A stretch of 59,697 nucleotides of DNA. It comes from a virus. Its lineage: Duplodnaviria; Caudoviricetes. The stretch is taken from positions 1-59,697 of IMG/VR virus record IMGVR_UViG_3300030233_000116; one strand, 5' to 3'. Both the position numbers and the translations under genes were made by a program. This document shows positions 1 through 9,166 of the stretch, in pieces. The stretch's first letter is position 1. Each line of letters opens with the position of its first letter. The notes beneath the pieces were generated by a model that had not been told where the DNA came from, searched no databases, and was given only the letters and a program-made list of their open reading frames with translations.

Positions 1-27
1 GAGTTCAGACGTGTGCTCTTCCGATCT
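1..27 (+). other. Illumina TruSeq adapter remnant (artefact)
   Basis: GAGTTCAGACGTGTGCTCTTCCGATCT is the 3' part of the TruSeq read-2 adapter/primer. Confidence 0.97.
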
Positions 28-58
28 GGACATGGGTTCCCGGCACAAGAGACAACTC
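26..58 (+). repeat. Terminal direct repeat (assembly circular overlap), left copy
   Basis: CTGGACATGGGTTCCCGGCACAAGAGACAACTC is identical to 59665-59697; the minus-strand reading frame is continuous across the join. Confidence 0.95.
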
Positions 59-244
59 TGTTTGCCAGGCCGATTCTAGGGAATCGGCAAGCTCGAAAGT
101 TGTGCCGGCCTCGATGGCAAATGTTGAGCCGTCAAGGAACCGAATCTCCTCGCCGGAAGGAACCTCGATACCATCAGGCGTGGAGGTGACTTGCGCTTGG
201 GCGATGCCCGCAAGGAATAATAGGATTATGAGGAGGTTTTTCAT
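59..244 (-). CDS. 5' part of tail-fibre-like protein (continues at 59697-57361; joined ~840 aa) with N-terminal signal-peptide-like sequence
   Basis: MKNLLIILLFLAGIAQAQ...ESAWQTELSLVPGTHVQ overlaps the start of ORF 57361..59694; ATGA overlap with the upstream gene. Confidence 0.85.
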
Positions 245-645
245 TCAATCTCAGGTTCGGGAAGTAGGGCTTGAAGTTGCTCGGGTGTGAGGATTCCCGC
301 GCCTTCGATCTCGCCGGCAAGCACCGCATCGTATGCCGCCTGGCTCCAGCACATGGTGACGGCGAAGCGGCCATCGGTCAGTTTGACTGGCGAGCATGTT
401 CCAGCGCGTTCCTCTGGCCGAAATCCGGTTATCGCCTCAATGGCATCTGCCACTTCCGCTGTGATCGCCAGCCGTGCGCCGCAGACGTGATCCGGTCGCG
501 AGGCGTCGTTGCGCCAGCCGCCGAGAGCGCGGAATGTTTCGGCACCGTCGTGCGTGTCGACGCCGTAGGTTACGCGAATGGCTTCTGCCTGCGCCAGGAG
601 CGCGGCGGTGAAGGCGATGGTGTGAGGTTCAGAGGTGCAGTTCAT
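241..645 (-). CDS. Hypothetical tail-associated protein (134 aa, MNCTSEPH...), possible fibre chaperone
   Basis: ATGA overlaps at both ends (642-645, 241-244); position among fibre genes. Confidence 0.6.
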   Translation of the reverse strand: MNCTSEPHTIAFTAALLAQAEAIRVTYGVDTHDGAETFRALGGWRNDASRPDHVCGARLAITAEVADAIEAITGFRPEERAGTCSPVKLTDGRFAVTMCWSQAAYDAVLAGEIEGAGILTPEQLQALLPEPEIE

Positions 646-1385
646 GGCAATGTTAAGCCCACACCTAACGTCTGCTTGTACATCAAACGTACGGCTTCGG
701 CTTGGTGATCGGTCAATGACAAGGAGAGCGCCGCCTGAAATGCTACTCTCGCAGTAGCGGACGTCATGGCGGTGGTCATTACCGATGGGCTCATGTCCAG
801 ATTGCTTCCCCCAGAGCGGCAGATAATAACAGATGGCCACGTCGCGGCCACATTGCGAGCGGAGGCCCACACTCCACCATTGACGCTTGTTTCTGGTGTC
901 CAGCCTATCGGCGGCGCATTACTATTAGCATCGCGGCAATTAAGCTGCCATCCAATTCCAGCAGCCCGACGCAACTGAACCACAGTATCGTCCGCAGTGT
1001 TCTGAAGCAGGTACGATTGATTGCTGGATACGGCTTCGCTCACAACCACGGCGGAATATGCTGCGATCGAAATGGCTTCAGCGGTAAACGTCTGAGACGT
1101 CCCTAGCGAAATATAGTCAGCACTCCATGTCGGTCCATTAACCAGCGTCGCATTATCCCCCAGCCCCCCAAACGAGGCCACCGTCGTCGTCCCAGCATTC
1201 CGCCCCTGCTGCGCACTCCGCATCGGCCAGCAGACAAACTGACTCCACGGCACGATCTGCTTGATCCCCCGCGCAAAATCGCTCAACTGCCGCCGAGCCA
1301 CCGGATCGGTCACCCGGTTTTCATCGCAGAATAACCGGGCATCCGGGTCAAGCGAGTTCAGCAGGATGCGCGAGCTTGATCTCAT
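642..1385 (-). CDS. Putative virion protein (LDPDA...VTD N-terminus, beta-rich, lectin/LamG-like)
   Basis: Coupled ORF; LDPDARLF...VTDPVARRQLSDF and ATLVNGPTWS motifs are typical of phage fibre/lectin proteins. Confidence 0.55.
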   Translation of the reverse strand: MRSSSRILLNSLDPDARLFCDENRVTDPVARRQLSDFARGIKQIVPWSQFVCWPMRSAQQGRNAGTTTVASFGGLGDNATLVNGPTWSADYISLGTSQTFTAEAISIAAYSAVVVSEAVSSNQSYLLQNTADDTVVQLRRAAGIGWQLNCRDANSNAPPIGWTPETSVNGGVWASARNVAATWPSVIICRSGGSNLDMSPSVMTTAMTSATARVAFQAALSLSLTDHQAEAVRLMYKQTLGVGLTLP

Positions 1386-1912
1386 CAGAGCAACGATGCG
1401 TTCAAACGGACTTCATAAATCTCCCCGCTGGTCGGCGTGTAAGCCCCCACCGTCTCCAGCACACCAAAGAGCGAGGTTCCAACCAGCTTCAGCGTCCGCG
1501 CCAGATTCGTCGCCTGCGCGTAGAGATGCGCCCCACGCACCGCGATCGAAGGGATCTCGATCGAGCCCAGGTATTTCCCCCGGTCGGCCCAAGCCGTGGT
1601 AAAGGCTGCATTGTCCAAGATCGCCGTTGGCTCCTCCCCATAGAGATGCAAGCGATAGGTGCTCATCCCCGAGATTACCGCCGTCTCATCATTGAAGAGC
1701 AGCACCTCATTGAGCAACAAGGCAGCCGCTTCCGGGAACCCCGTGAACTCGTGGATTGCGCTGCCCGCATTCGCCGGAGTGCCCGAGTCCGCCACCCCGA
1801 TCGCATCGCCAGCCGTATAACCGCTGGTATTGGTGGGCCGGGTGATGGTGACGGCTTGGGAGTAAGACAGCGCCGACACCGGCTGGATAATTCTACTCTG
1901 TTGGATTTTCAT
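1385..1912 (-). CDS. Putative virion protein (TRPxNTxxYTAGD family)
   Basis: ITRPTNTSGYTAGDAIG ... YTPTSGE motifs, common in small phage structural proteins. Confidence 0.6.
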   Translation of the reverse strand: MKIQQSRIIQPVSALSYSQAVTITRPTNTSGYTAGDAIGVADSGTPANAGSAIHEFTGFPEAAALLLNEVLLFNDETAVISGMSTYRLHLYGEEPTAILDNAAFTTAWADRGKYLGSIEIPSIAVRGAHLYAQATNLARTLKLVGTSLFGVLETVGAYTPTSGEIYEVRLNASLL

Positions 1913-2316
1913 GCGTCGTCATTCAGGAATTGTTGGACGACATCAAAATTCACGTCGTCAGCATTTTTGATTTCAATAGCGATCCCCCGCTTTCCTCCGC
2001 TTTCGACTTCGGAAATGCGGGCGAAATCGCCGAGCAGTAATGGTAGAGGTTCCGCACCGGTATGATTGGCTCGAGCTTTGGCTGTAGTGTCGGCCGCCGC
2101 CTGAGCAGTCGACACCGGCTTGTCAGCATCGGACGTGTTATCCACGTTGCCGAGGCCGATGGCCGTTGGGGTCAACTCGTCATCCGCCCCGGCCGCATGC
2201 GACGCGGCATGATCGGATGGAGTGAAGGCCGACGGTTTCCCGGTCACATTCGACCAGGCTACCGTCGACGATCCGGCGCCGGCTTCAGCCGCAGGAACTC
2301 GTCCGTTCAGCGACAT
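1909..2316 (-). CDS. Short tail-fibre-repeat protein (135 aa)
   Basis: TAATG-coupled start; WSNVTGKP, HAASH, GLGNVDNTSDADKPVSTAQ and RANHTG fibre motifs. Confidence 0.7.
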   Translation of the reverse strand: MSLNGRVPAAEAGAGSSTVAWSNVTGKPSAFTPSDHAASHAAGADDELTPTAIGLGNVDNTSDADKPVSTAQAAADTTAKARANHTGAEPLPLLLGDFARISEVESGGKRGIAIEIKNADDVNFDVVQQFLNDDA

Positions 2317-2804
2317 TAGCTCAGATTGACGGCAGGTTGTGCGGAAGCGCCACCGATACCCACGATGCGCCAACCCGCGGTTGTCCATTCCAGATCGACG
2401 AAATCGCCAGCATCAGCCAGCACGATCGAAGCAAACCCGCTGGCAGTCGCCGGGGTGAGCGTGCCGTCGCCGCCTCCGTCCGTCACCAGATTAATGGAAA
2501 GCCGCTGGCCGAGATAGGCGCCATTCGCCAGGGTCAACGCCTCTCCATCCGCTCCGGTCGTCTTGTTGACGGAGCGATGAGTGATTGGGATGGCGAGGAT
2601 GTCGGCAGCCACCGCCGTGGCCGTATAGGTGATGGGATGCAGAATCGCGAGGATCTGCGCGAGGGTCGCCGGTAGCGTGCCCAGCAGCCCATTCTTGCCA
2701 TAAACATCGACAGAGCCGTCGAGCTGGGCGCGCAAATGGATGTGGCTGGGATGCACCGCTGGAGCGGTGCTCGTATTTTCCTTGAGGATGAGTTCGGATG
2801 TCAT
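2316..2804 (-). CDS. Putative virion/decoration beta-sandwich protein
   Basis: LTLANGAYLGQ...GDFVDLEW motif pattern; structural operon context. Confidence 0.55.
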   Translation of the reverse strand: MTSELILKENTSTAPAVHPSHIHLRAQLDGSVDVYGKNGLLGTLPATLAQILAILHPITYTATAVAADILAIPITHRSVNKTTGADGEALTLANGAYLGQRLSINLVTDGGGDGTLTPATASGFASIVLADAGDFVDLEWTTAGWRIVGIGGASAQPAVNLS

Positions 2805-2844
2805 GGCGTTAGCGTATCGTGGTTGTGGGTTTGTCGAAAGAAAA

Positions 2845-3234
2845 TTAGCAAGATCCAGCCGCCAAGCCTCCGGTCAGTTTAATCGTGAACGCAATCTGCA
2901 TTCCGATGTCTTCATACGAGACTTGATTTTGGGCGACGGCCTTTACCGTCGAGGTTCGCGTGTAACCCTGCTGAGTGCGCGTCGTGGTTTGAGTGGAAGG
3001 ATTCTCAACGCTCTCCGTCCGATTTGTAACGGCCGCGCGCACCTGACGATCGGTATGCGCCTTGCGGGTCTGCGTTGTTTTGCCGGAACTTGATCGAGTA
3101 GACGCATTGCCGCGCTGACTGTTGACTTGAGTCTGGCCGGTGGATTCTGATGAGCTTTGTCGCTCAGAACTGACCACCTGGCGGGTGACTGTTGCGCGAT
3201 CCGTTTCGACCCTGGTTTCGGTTTTGTTGGCCAT
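2845..3234 (-). CDS. Basic T/S/Q/R-rich extended-strand protein (second half of a split hairpin pair)
   Basis: 129 aa, TAATG-coupled to the upstream gene; C-terminal QIAFTIKL strand. Confidence 0.7.
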   Translation of the reverse strand: MANKTETRVETDRATVTRQVVSSERQSSSESTGQTQVNSQRGNASTRSSSGKTTQTRKAHTDRQVRAAVTNRTESVENPSTQTTTRTQQGYTRTSTVKAVAQNQVSYEDIGMQIAFTIKLTGGLAAGSC

Positions 3235-3719
3235 TATTCGTCAAAAGTGTTGGTAGTGGTCACGACGTCGCCGCCCTCGTTGGCGGTCTCCACATCTTGA
3301 TTCTGGGTTTGCTCTTCTGTCTGATTTTGCTCCTGCGACGTGATGGAGTTTTCGTTGACGTTTGCGTTTTCATTCGCGTTTTGCGACTCCGACGACTCGG
3401 TCACAGCGTCACCGCGATAGTCGTAGGTGGTCGCCTCACCGGCATGCTCTGTGCTGACGCTGGTGCGAGCCCCTTGGGAAACCTGTGATGTGTCGACGAT
3501 GTTTGGCGAAACCTCCACCGTCTCCTGATCGCCATCAGGAGATGAGGTAACCGTGCGCACCACCGCATTTTGACTGCGCACCACGGTGACCTGGAATTGC
3601 ACCTCGGTCGGTAATGCCGCCGCAATCCCCTGCTCGGTGATCGCATCCGATACGCCCTGGCGAATCCTTGCCAGAGTCTCCGTGATGAATGCGTCGAGTT
3701 CGTCGATTGGAACGATCAT
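3234..3719 (-). CDS. Acidic T/S/E/N-rich protein with Trypco2-like N-terminus (first half of a split hairpin pair)
   Basis: ELDAFITETLARIRQGVSDA...EVQFQVTVV resembles the Trypco2 helix+strand start. Confidence 0.65.
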   Translation of the reverse strand: MIVPIDELDAFITETLARIRQGVSDAITEQGIAAALPTEVQFQVTVVRSQNAVVRTVTSSPDGDQETVEVSPNIVDTSQVSQGARTSVSTEHAGEATTYDYRGDAVTESSESQNANENANVNENSITSQEQNQTEEQTQNQDVETANEGGDVVTTTNTFDE

Positions 3720-3722
3720 ATA

Positions 3723-4598
3723 TTACCATCCTGCAGGGGTATAGATTCGACCTTGGGCCGCATCAGGTTTGCGAGGCATCATTTCCAGCATCATTCGCGC
3801 GGATTGCGCTTTTTGTTGGGTGACCGATCTGGCGCTATCCTCAGACCAGAGTTCAGAATCGAGCATGCGTTGCAGGGCCAGCGGAACGAGTATCGCCGCG
3901 AAATGCCGATCCGGCCCGGGCAGAGATACCGGAGCCAACACTGAAGAGACAGCCAGCGAGACCGGTGCCACAATGGCGTCAAGCCGAATCCGGATGGCCG
4001 TGCTCGGCATTGGGTCGACCCGAAGATACTGCGCGATGGTGGCCCCGGCCGCCATGCCCACATCCTCCGTCCAATACCAAAGCGGGCTTCCGATGGTGCG
4101 AAAATCGGGATGCCGATAGCGATCGTTGTCCCGCCGGTCCCAATACTGCAGCACCTCTTCAGTCTCGATCACGCGAGGCTCAGAGGTGATGCGCTCCAGG
4201 GATAGCCCGATCTGGATGGCATCGGAGTAGATGGTGGCGCTCACCGTGCCGGACGGGCCGGTGTAGACATCGAGGAATTCCGTCACACCCACGATTTCGT
4301 TGTCGGCGGTATCCGTGCCGACCCTCACCGTTCGGCCAATGTCTTCCGTGGTGACAGAGCCGGAGACCACCGAGAACGATTCGGAACCCTCGGTGACAGA
4401 CAGAGAGACAGTCCGCGGTGCTGGCTGGTATCCCGAAAAAGTCGTGTTTTTGAGCCGGCTCGGCAGGAGCGACCAATACTCAGTGATCGCCGCGTTCATG
4501 GCGTCCACCACTTCGAGCAGATCGTTGCCGGCCAGCAATGAAGGATCCTTTACCTTCAGCCGTCGGCAGACACGATGGGCGAGTTGTACGCTATTCAT
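3723..4598 (-). CDS. Head-tail adaptor/neck protein
   Basis: N-terminal helices (LAHRVCRRL...DAMNAAI), GSPLWY and LRVDPMP motifs of podovirus-type adaptors. Confidence 0.65.
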   Translation of the reverse strand: MNSVQLAHRVCRRLKVKDPSLLAGNDLLEVVDAMNAAITEYWSLLPSRLKNTTFSGYQPAPRTVSLSVTEGSESFSVVSGSVTTEDIGRTVRVGTDTADNEIVGVTEFLDVYTGPSGTVSATIYSDAIQIGLSLERITSEPRVIETEEVLQYWDRRDNDRYRHPDFRTIGSPLWYWTEDVGMAAGATIAQYLRVDPMPSTAIRIRLDAIVAPVSLAVSSVLAPVSLPGPDRHFAAILVPLALQRMLDSELWSEDSARSVTQQKAQSARMMLEMMPRKPDAAQGRIYTPAGW

Positions 4599-5728
4599 CG
4601 TTCATCCGCCTCCTTCGGCAGTGGGTCGACAACGCCAAGCTCGGCCAGCGCCTCGGCGTAATCCTGTTTGATGTGTTCGCGCGCCTCAGGTGTGGCGAAA
4701 TACCGGCTTCGCATGGCCTGGTATCGGCAGAGAGGCAGCAAGATCAGCTCGACGTAGCGGTGCGGGATTTGCAATGGCCGATCGGTCTGGACGTCCTCCC
4801 ATTCGTAACGTCGCGGCTCGACCGAGACGTCCAGCAGGACAGACACCCCTGGATCCGGGACCGGCACCAGATACAGCCGGGTCAGCACGTTATCCGGTCG
4901 GCTCTGGTTGGTGCGTTCGATGTAGTAGGCCTCCGGCGTGCCTTGCGCCACTGCATTCGCCGCCTGCCCAAGAAACAGGTAACCGTATTGATCCAGCTGG
5001 GATCGGGAAGATAGCGCAATGAGCGGGATCAACGAACCGTCCAGCCTGGCCGGGCCTAATGCGTTTTGGACATCGCTTTCCAGCTCGACGTAAGCTTCGC
5101 CTGCATCAAATGCATAGGTGCGTGTGACGCGGGAAAAATAGTCATCTTCACGAAATCGAGCCCATACCTTCTGCATGGCCCAATTCAGAATGTTAACCGC
5201 CTGCAGTTTTGCATTCTCCAGCGAGCATGCCCCGCGCTCAAGACCCCAGAGATGAAAGATTTCCTGAATGACATCGTTCGCGCCCAGCCCCTCGCCGAGC
5301 AAGTCGCCCACGGCTGCAGCGGATGCCGAAAACAGCGCGGATCCCTGGCCCGCAAACGTGATGGTTTCTTCTGCATCGACGGATGCCGACACATCGATAG
5401 CCCCGCCGCCCGGATGCACGATGCCACCCAAGGCCGAAACCGCGGCGGATCCCGAGATGCTGGTCAACCCCCGATAAATCAGCGCCCCGGTGCCGCTGAT
5501 GGTGGCAGATGCATTCAAAGCGGCCGATGCCGGCCCTTTGATCCCGCCCACCGCCGCCACCGCGGCCGCAGCACTCAAGGCGCCCGCTCCCTGCATCGAC
5601 ATCGTCGCAGCAGGGGACACCGCGGCATTGGCATTCAAAGCCCCAGCCCCGGCAATGGTTACACTGCCGGCAGCCATTGAGACAGTTGCCGTTGCCTCGA
5701 TGTCTGCGGTGCCTTGGTGCGTCGGCAT
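4595..5728 (-). CDS. Adaptor/neck protein with N-terminal Ala/Gly/Ser repeat extension
   Basis: C-terminal GTPEAY...LYLVPVPD...LQIPHRY adaptor motifs; ~140-aa N-terminal A/G/S repeats. Confidence 0.6.
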   Translation of the reverse strand: MPTHQGTADIEATATVSMAAGSVTIAGAGALNANAAVSPAATMSMQGAGALSAAAAVAAVGGIKGPASAALNASATISGTGALIYRGLTSISGSAAVSALGGIVHPGGGAIDVSASVDAEETITFAGQGSALFSASAAAVGDLLGEGLGANDVIQEIFHLWGLERGACSLENAKLQAVNILNWAMQKVWARFREDDYFSRVTRTYAFDAGEAYVELESDVQNALGPARLDGSLIPLIALSSRSQLDQYGYLFLGQAANAVAQGTPEAYYIERTNQSRPDNVLTRLYLVPVPDPGVSVLLDVSVEPRRYEWEDVQTDRPLQIPHRYVELILLPLCRYQAMRSRYFATPEAREHIKQDYAEALAELGVVDPLPKEADER

Positions 5729-6135
5729 TACGCAAACGTGATGGTGAGAGCCCCGATAGCGAACTGGAAGGTATCGCCGTTCAGCACGGTGCGAGAGGCA
5801 GTCAAAGCGCCCCAGTAAAGCATGTTGCCGCCGGATGCCGCGTCGAAGATCGCAAAATGCGTAACGGTCCCCCAGTCCCCCGTGGCGGTTGTGAAGGTAA
5901 TGGCCGTCCCGTTCGACTTGACGCCAGTGCCAGAAGTGGCACCCGGCCAGTTCGTGGAGTTGTTGGTGACCGATGCTCGAGCATATGAGCCGCCCGTTGC
6001 TTCGGTGCCGCCACCGCTATCCGATGGGGCCGCAGTGAAAAGGGCAACATAGACCGTGCCCGGCCGGGTGTAATCACCCCCGCCAAGCACATGATCGTTG
6101 AGCGCCTTTTCGAGATAGTCAGACATTGCAGACAT
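5728..6135 (-). CDS. Phage tail-fibre/virion protein (MSDYLE...YVALFTAAP...GGSYAR family)
   Basis: Recognisable conserved family motifs YVALFTAAPSD, GGSYAR, WGTVTHFAIFDAASGGN. Confidence 0.8.
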   Translation of the reverse strand: MSAMSDYLEKALNDHVLGGGDYTRPGTVYVALFTAAPSDSGGGTEATGGSYARASVTNNSTNWPGATSGTGVKSNGTAITFTTATGDWGTVTHFAIFDAASGGNMLYWGALTASRTVLNGDTFQFAIGALTITFA

Positions 6136-6141
6136 GTGATG

Positions 6142-6525
6142 TTAGCCTTTCAGGTTGGAGAGAAAATTTTGGAGTGGTCCCTCAGACTCGACCGCGCCCA
6201 CCAATGCCGGCTCTTCAGCTTTTTCGAAGACTTCCGGTTTGAGGATTTCGGCCTCTACCTTGGGTTGCTTTGCTTTGGGCTTGGGCTTGGGTTTCGCTGG
6301 GGCTGGAGCGTCGACTTCGAGCAACACCACATGCACCCCAAGGGCTACGTTGGTTTGGCGTCGCTGCCATTCCGATGCCGCATTGACGGCCTCGACCAAC
6401 TGTTTCAGCGAGGTGCAGGTTTCTCCGCGCCAGACATGCGCGCGCAGGCTGTCGACTCGACGCCATTGCTCGATGCAGATCGGAGCATACCGACCGACTC
6501 CAGTGAGGGTGACGATGGCTTTCAT
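6142..6525 (-). CDS. Hypothetical protein after major capsid
   Basis: ORF in operon; P/K-rich linker. Confidence 0.55.
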   Translation of the reverse strand: MKAIVTLTGVGRYAPICIEQWRRVDSLRAHVWRGETCTSLKQLVEAVNAASEWQRRQTNVALGVHVVLLEVDAPAPAKPKPKPKAKQPKVEAEILKPEVFEKAEEPALVGAVESEGPLQNFLSNLKG

Positions 6526-6531
6526 AAAGGA

Positions 6532-6565
6532 TTCGCCCCGGAGCCATGGAAGACTCCGGGGCGAA
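6532..6565 (-). terminator. Stem-loop after major capsid gene (attenuator/mRNA stabiliser)
   Basis: TTCGCCCCGGAG / CTCCGGGGCGAA 12-bp inverted repeat right after the MCP stop; only a weak U-tract. Confidence 0.55.
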
Positions 6566-6569
6566 AAGG

Positions 6570-8048
6570 TTAGCTTACGACGTAGCTCGGGATTTTCAGC
6601 CCGGCATATTCGATTGCGTGACGGAGCCGGATGGCACCAGGCACACGATCCAGACGATCCTTGCGGAGCGCCTGGCCGAAGACGGACGTGATGAAGATGT
6701 CCTTCACGAATCCGCCTTCATGCGACTCTTCCGAGCGACGATTGCGGAATTTGCCGTATCCGCGTCGTGCCGCCATCCGACCCAGCATGACAGAATCGGC
6801 GAAAGGAACGCCGTTCTTCGTGCAGGGGATGATGAGCGACCCGATTGGATGGGTCTTGGTGTGTTTTCCGGACCAGATACCGGTGTTCCAGGTCACCCCG
6901 CCCAGAGTGGTCACGCCGGCACCGGTTTCGGTGTCGTTGAGACGCTGAGTGATGGTGATCTTGTTGCCGTTGTTGCCCGTGGTATAGGCATACATGTTCA
7001 TCTTGCCAGCATCCGCGCCGGTCATGTTGTAGATGAGCAGGTAATGGGTGTCACCATCTTGAGAGAGGGTGTCGCTGGGGCCGAACTTGTAGGCGTAGTT
7101 CGGGAAGTACTTGAAATACTTCTTCTTGGTCTTCGCCGCCGCAGTGGCGTTGCCGCCACCGAGGATGTCGAAGGTGCCAGTGCCGGCCACGATCGCACCG
7201 CCGAGGAACGCTTTCGGATTCCAAGGCGAACCAACCGCACCTTCCCCGTCGTGATCGATAGGGTTGTATTTGACGATGCAGTTGTTGCGCACGTCGGCGA
7301 ACTCATCGGTGAAGATGTAGTTCAGCCCCTCACCGCGCTTGCCGCCTTCAAGCAGGTATTGCTTGTAAGTCGGGTCGCTCTCAAGAGAGAAGAGCGAATC
7401 GGTCACGCCGATGACACAGCGCTTGCGCACTGCCTTGCGACCCATCGCCGCGACGCGGCCGGCCAACATGCCGACACGCTGCCCCTGCACGCCCATGGAC
7501 AGGATTTCATCCCAGTTGAGCACCTCGTGGCTCTGCAGATCATCCAGCCCGGAGGCTTCGCCAGCATAGACGATGTTGTCGGTTGGCAGCCGCTCCTTGA
7601 AAAGCATGAAGAGCCGTTCGGATTTGATCCGGCCCAGCCACTCGCCGAGTTGCATCGGGATCTGTGCGACGAGTTCGCCGCGCATACCCATTTTCTCCTC
7701 GGAACGCTCGGTGAAACGCACTGCGTGACGAAGCCAGTCGACCTCAAGCGAATTGCTGCCGAGAAGAATTTCCTCGAAGTCATCCGACGAATCGAAAAGC
7801 TCCTCACCTTCATGCGGCTCATCATAGAGACCGCTGCCGGTGGTGAAGTTGATTTTCTGCCCGCGACCCTTGGACGTGTCCGTCTTGGTCTGGACGATGG
7901 AATCCATTCCCATGCCCTCGAATGGGGCAAAGAAATCGTTGTTGTGCTCGAAGAGGTCGACCCCCTTCTGCCAAAGCTCGCGCACGGCATTGGGTGCCAA
8001 CGCTGCGAGAGAATCCCCGGTGTTTGGGGAAGTAAGTTCCCAACTCAT
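6570..8048 (-). CDS. Major capsid protein (N4-gp56/DUF4043-like)
   Basis: DTSKGRGQKINF, VDWLRHAV, LESDPTY and terminal FGQAL motifs; AGGAGG RBS; follows scaffold. Confidence 0.85.
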   Translation of the reverse strand: MSWELTSPNTGDSLAALAPNAVRELWQKGVDLFEHNNDFFAPFEGMGMDSIVQTKTDTSKGRGQKINFTTGSGLYDEPHEGEELFDSSDDFEEILLGSNSLEVDWLRHAVRFTERSEEKMGMRGELVAQIPMQLGEWLGRIKSERLFMLFKERLPTDNIVYAGEASGLDDLQSHEVLNWDEILSMGVQGQRVGMLAGRVAAMGRKAVRKRCVIGVTDSLFSLESDPTYKQYLLEGGKRGEGLNYIFTDEFADVRNNCIVKYNPIDHDGEGAVGSPWNPKAFLGGAIVAGTGTFDILGGGNATAAAKTKKKYFKYFPNYAYKFGPSDTLSQDGDTHYLLIYNMTGADAGKMNMYAYTTGNNGNKITITQRLNDTETGAGVTTLGGVTWNTGIWSGKHTKTHPIGSLIIPCTKNGVPFADSVMLGRMAARRGYGKFRNRRSEESHEGGFVKDIFITSVFGQALRKDRLDRVPGAIRLRHAIEYAGLKIPSYVVS

Positions 8049-8093
8049 TTGGTTGTCCTCCTATGGTTGAGGACAGCCGGTAGGGAGAGGTGC

Positions 8094-9158
8094 CTACGAG
8101 ACGAGCGATTCGACTACCGCCAGGTAGTCTTCCTCAGTCTTGATGTCGGCGATCCGCTTTCCACCCAACTGTCCTGATTGCTGTTGGGTTGTGCGAGCTG
8201 CCCCGCTCGCGATTTGCGGTTTTGCAGGAGGACGTTTGGCGGCCGGCGTTGCGGGCTTCGTGGCTTTTGCGGCGGTCCTTGGGGCAATCCCCAATTCCCG
8301 TGCTGCCATTTGAGCCAACTTCAGCGGCTTTTCGGGCGAATAAAAAAGGTCATCGCCGTTCTCTTTTAGAGCGGCATCGATCTCGTGCATCTTTTGCACG
8401 AGGGGAGAATCTTTCTGCGTGACATCGGGATAAAGCTCGACGGTTCGAGCCTTCGCGGATTCGAATTCCTCAAGCCGAGCCTGTTGCGCTTCCGCCTCTT
8501 TTGAGGTGGTAGAAACCTTCAGCTCGGCAATGTGCTCCCGGAGGTCTTCGATCTTGTCGTCGAGTTCAGCCACTTTCTCGAAGTCCATTTCCTTCGAGAG
8601 CGCTTCACGCCGCTCTTCGCGCATCTGCTTGAGCAGAGCCGTTGCATCTTCGACCGTGGAGGGCAATCCGTTTGCGGATCCTTCCTCCTCCGAGGTTTCC
8701 TTCTCGGGATTCAGGATTTGCTCGGCCTGAGCCAGAGCCTCCTTGAGCGGCATCGGCTTGCCGGCCTTGACGGCCCGCTTGCGGATGTCGAACGCGAGTT
8801 CTTCGACCTCGTTTTCCGGTCGGAAGCGATACTGCGGCGGTTTGGACTTGGGTTCATCCTCCTCGCCTTCGGCGGAATCATCGGCCTCGCCTGATTCTTC
8901 CTCCTCCTGCTCGGACTCTTCAGCCTGTTCTTCGGATTCCTCGGAAGCTTCCTCCGAGGCGTCGCCTTCGGATTCTTCTTCGGATTCGTCGCTCAGATCG
9001 GCTTCTGAGGTGTCTTCGTCCGCGATTTGCTGCAGCGCCTCGACTTCAGCCATGAAAGATTCAATGTCGCCATTGCCTCCATGCGTTTGTTCGTCAGCCG
9101 GATTGGGATCCGCTGCCGCCGTTTCCGAGGATTGGGCTTCTGCCTCAAGGTCACTCAT
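8094..9158 (-). CDS. Capsid scaffolding protein
   Basis: Very acidic N-terminus, coiled coil, P/A/K-rich tail, directly upstream of MCP. Confidence 0.8.
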   Translation of the reverse strand: MSDLEAEAQSSETAAADPNPADEQTHGGNGDIESFMAEVEALQQIADEDTSEADLSDESEEESEGDASEEASEESEEQAEESEQEEEESGEADDSAEGEEDEPKSKPPQYRFRPENEVEELAFDIRKRAVKAGKPMPLKEALAQAEQILNPEKETSEEEGSANGLPSTVEDATALLKQMREERREALSKEMDFEKVAELDDKIEDLREHIAELKVSTTSKEAEAQQARLEEFESAKARTVELYPDVTQKDSPLVQKMHEIDAALKENGDDLFYSPEKPLKLAQMAARELGIAPRTAAKATKPATPAAKRPPAKPQIASGAARTTQQQSGQLGGKRIADIKTEEDYLAVVESLVS

Positions 9159-9166
9159 TGATAGCA

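Noticed and set aside
1-27. Biological terminal sequence and C-terminus IGRAHV of ORF 5..244
   Set aside because: It is Illumina adapter; the real frame continues at 59697
6546-8177. 543-aa plus-strand ORF
   Set aside because: Antisense shadow of the major capsid gene, typical of high-GC codon bias; no motifs
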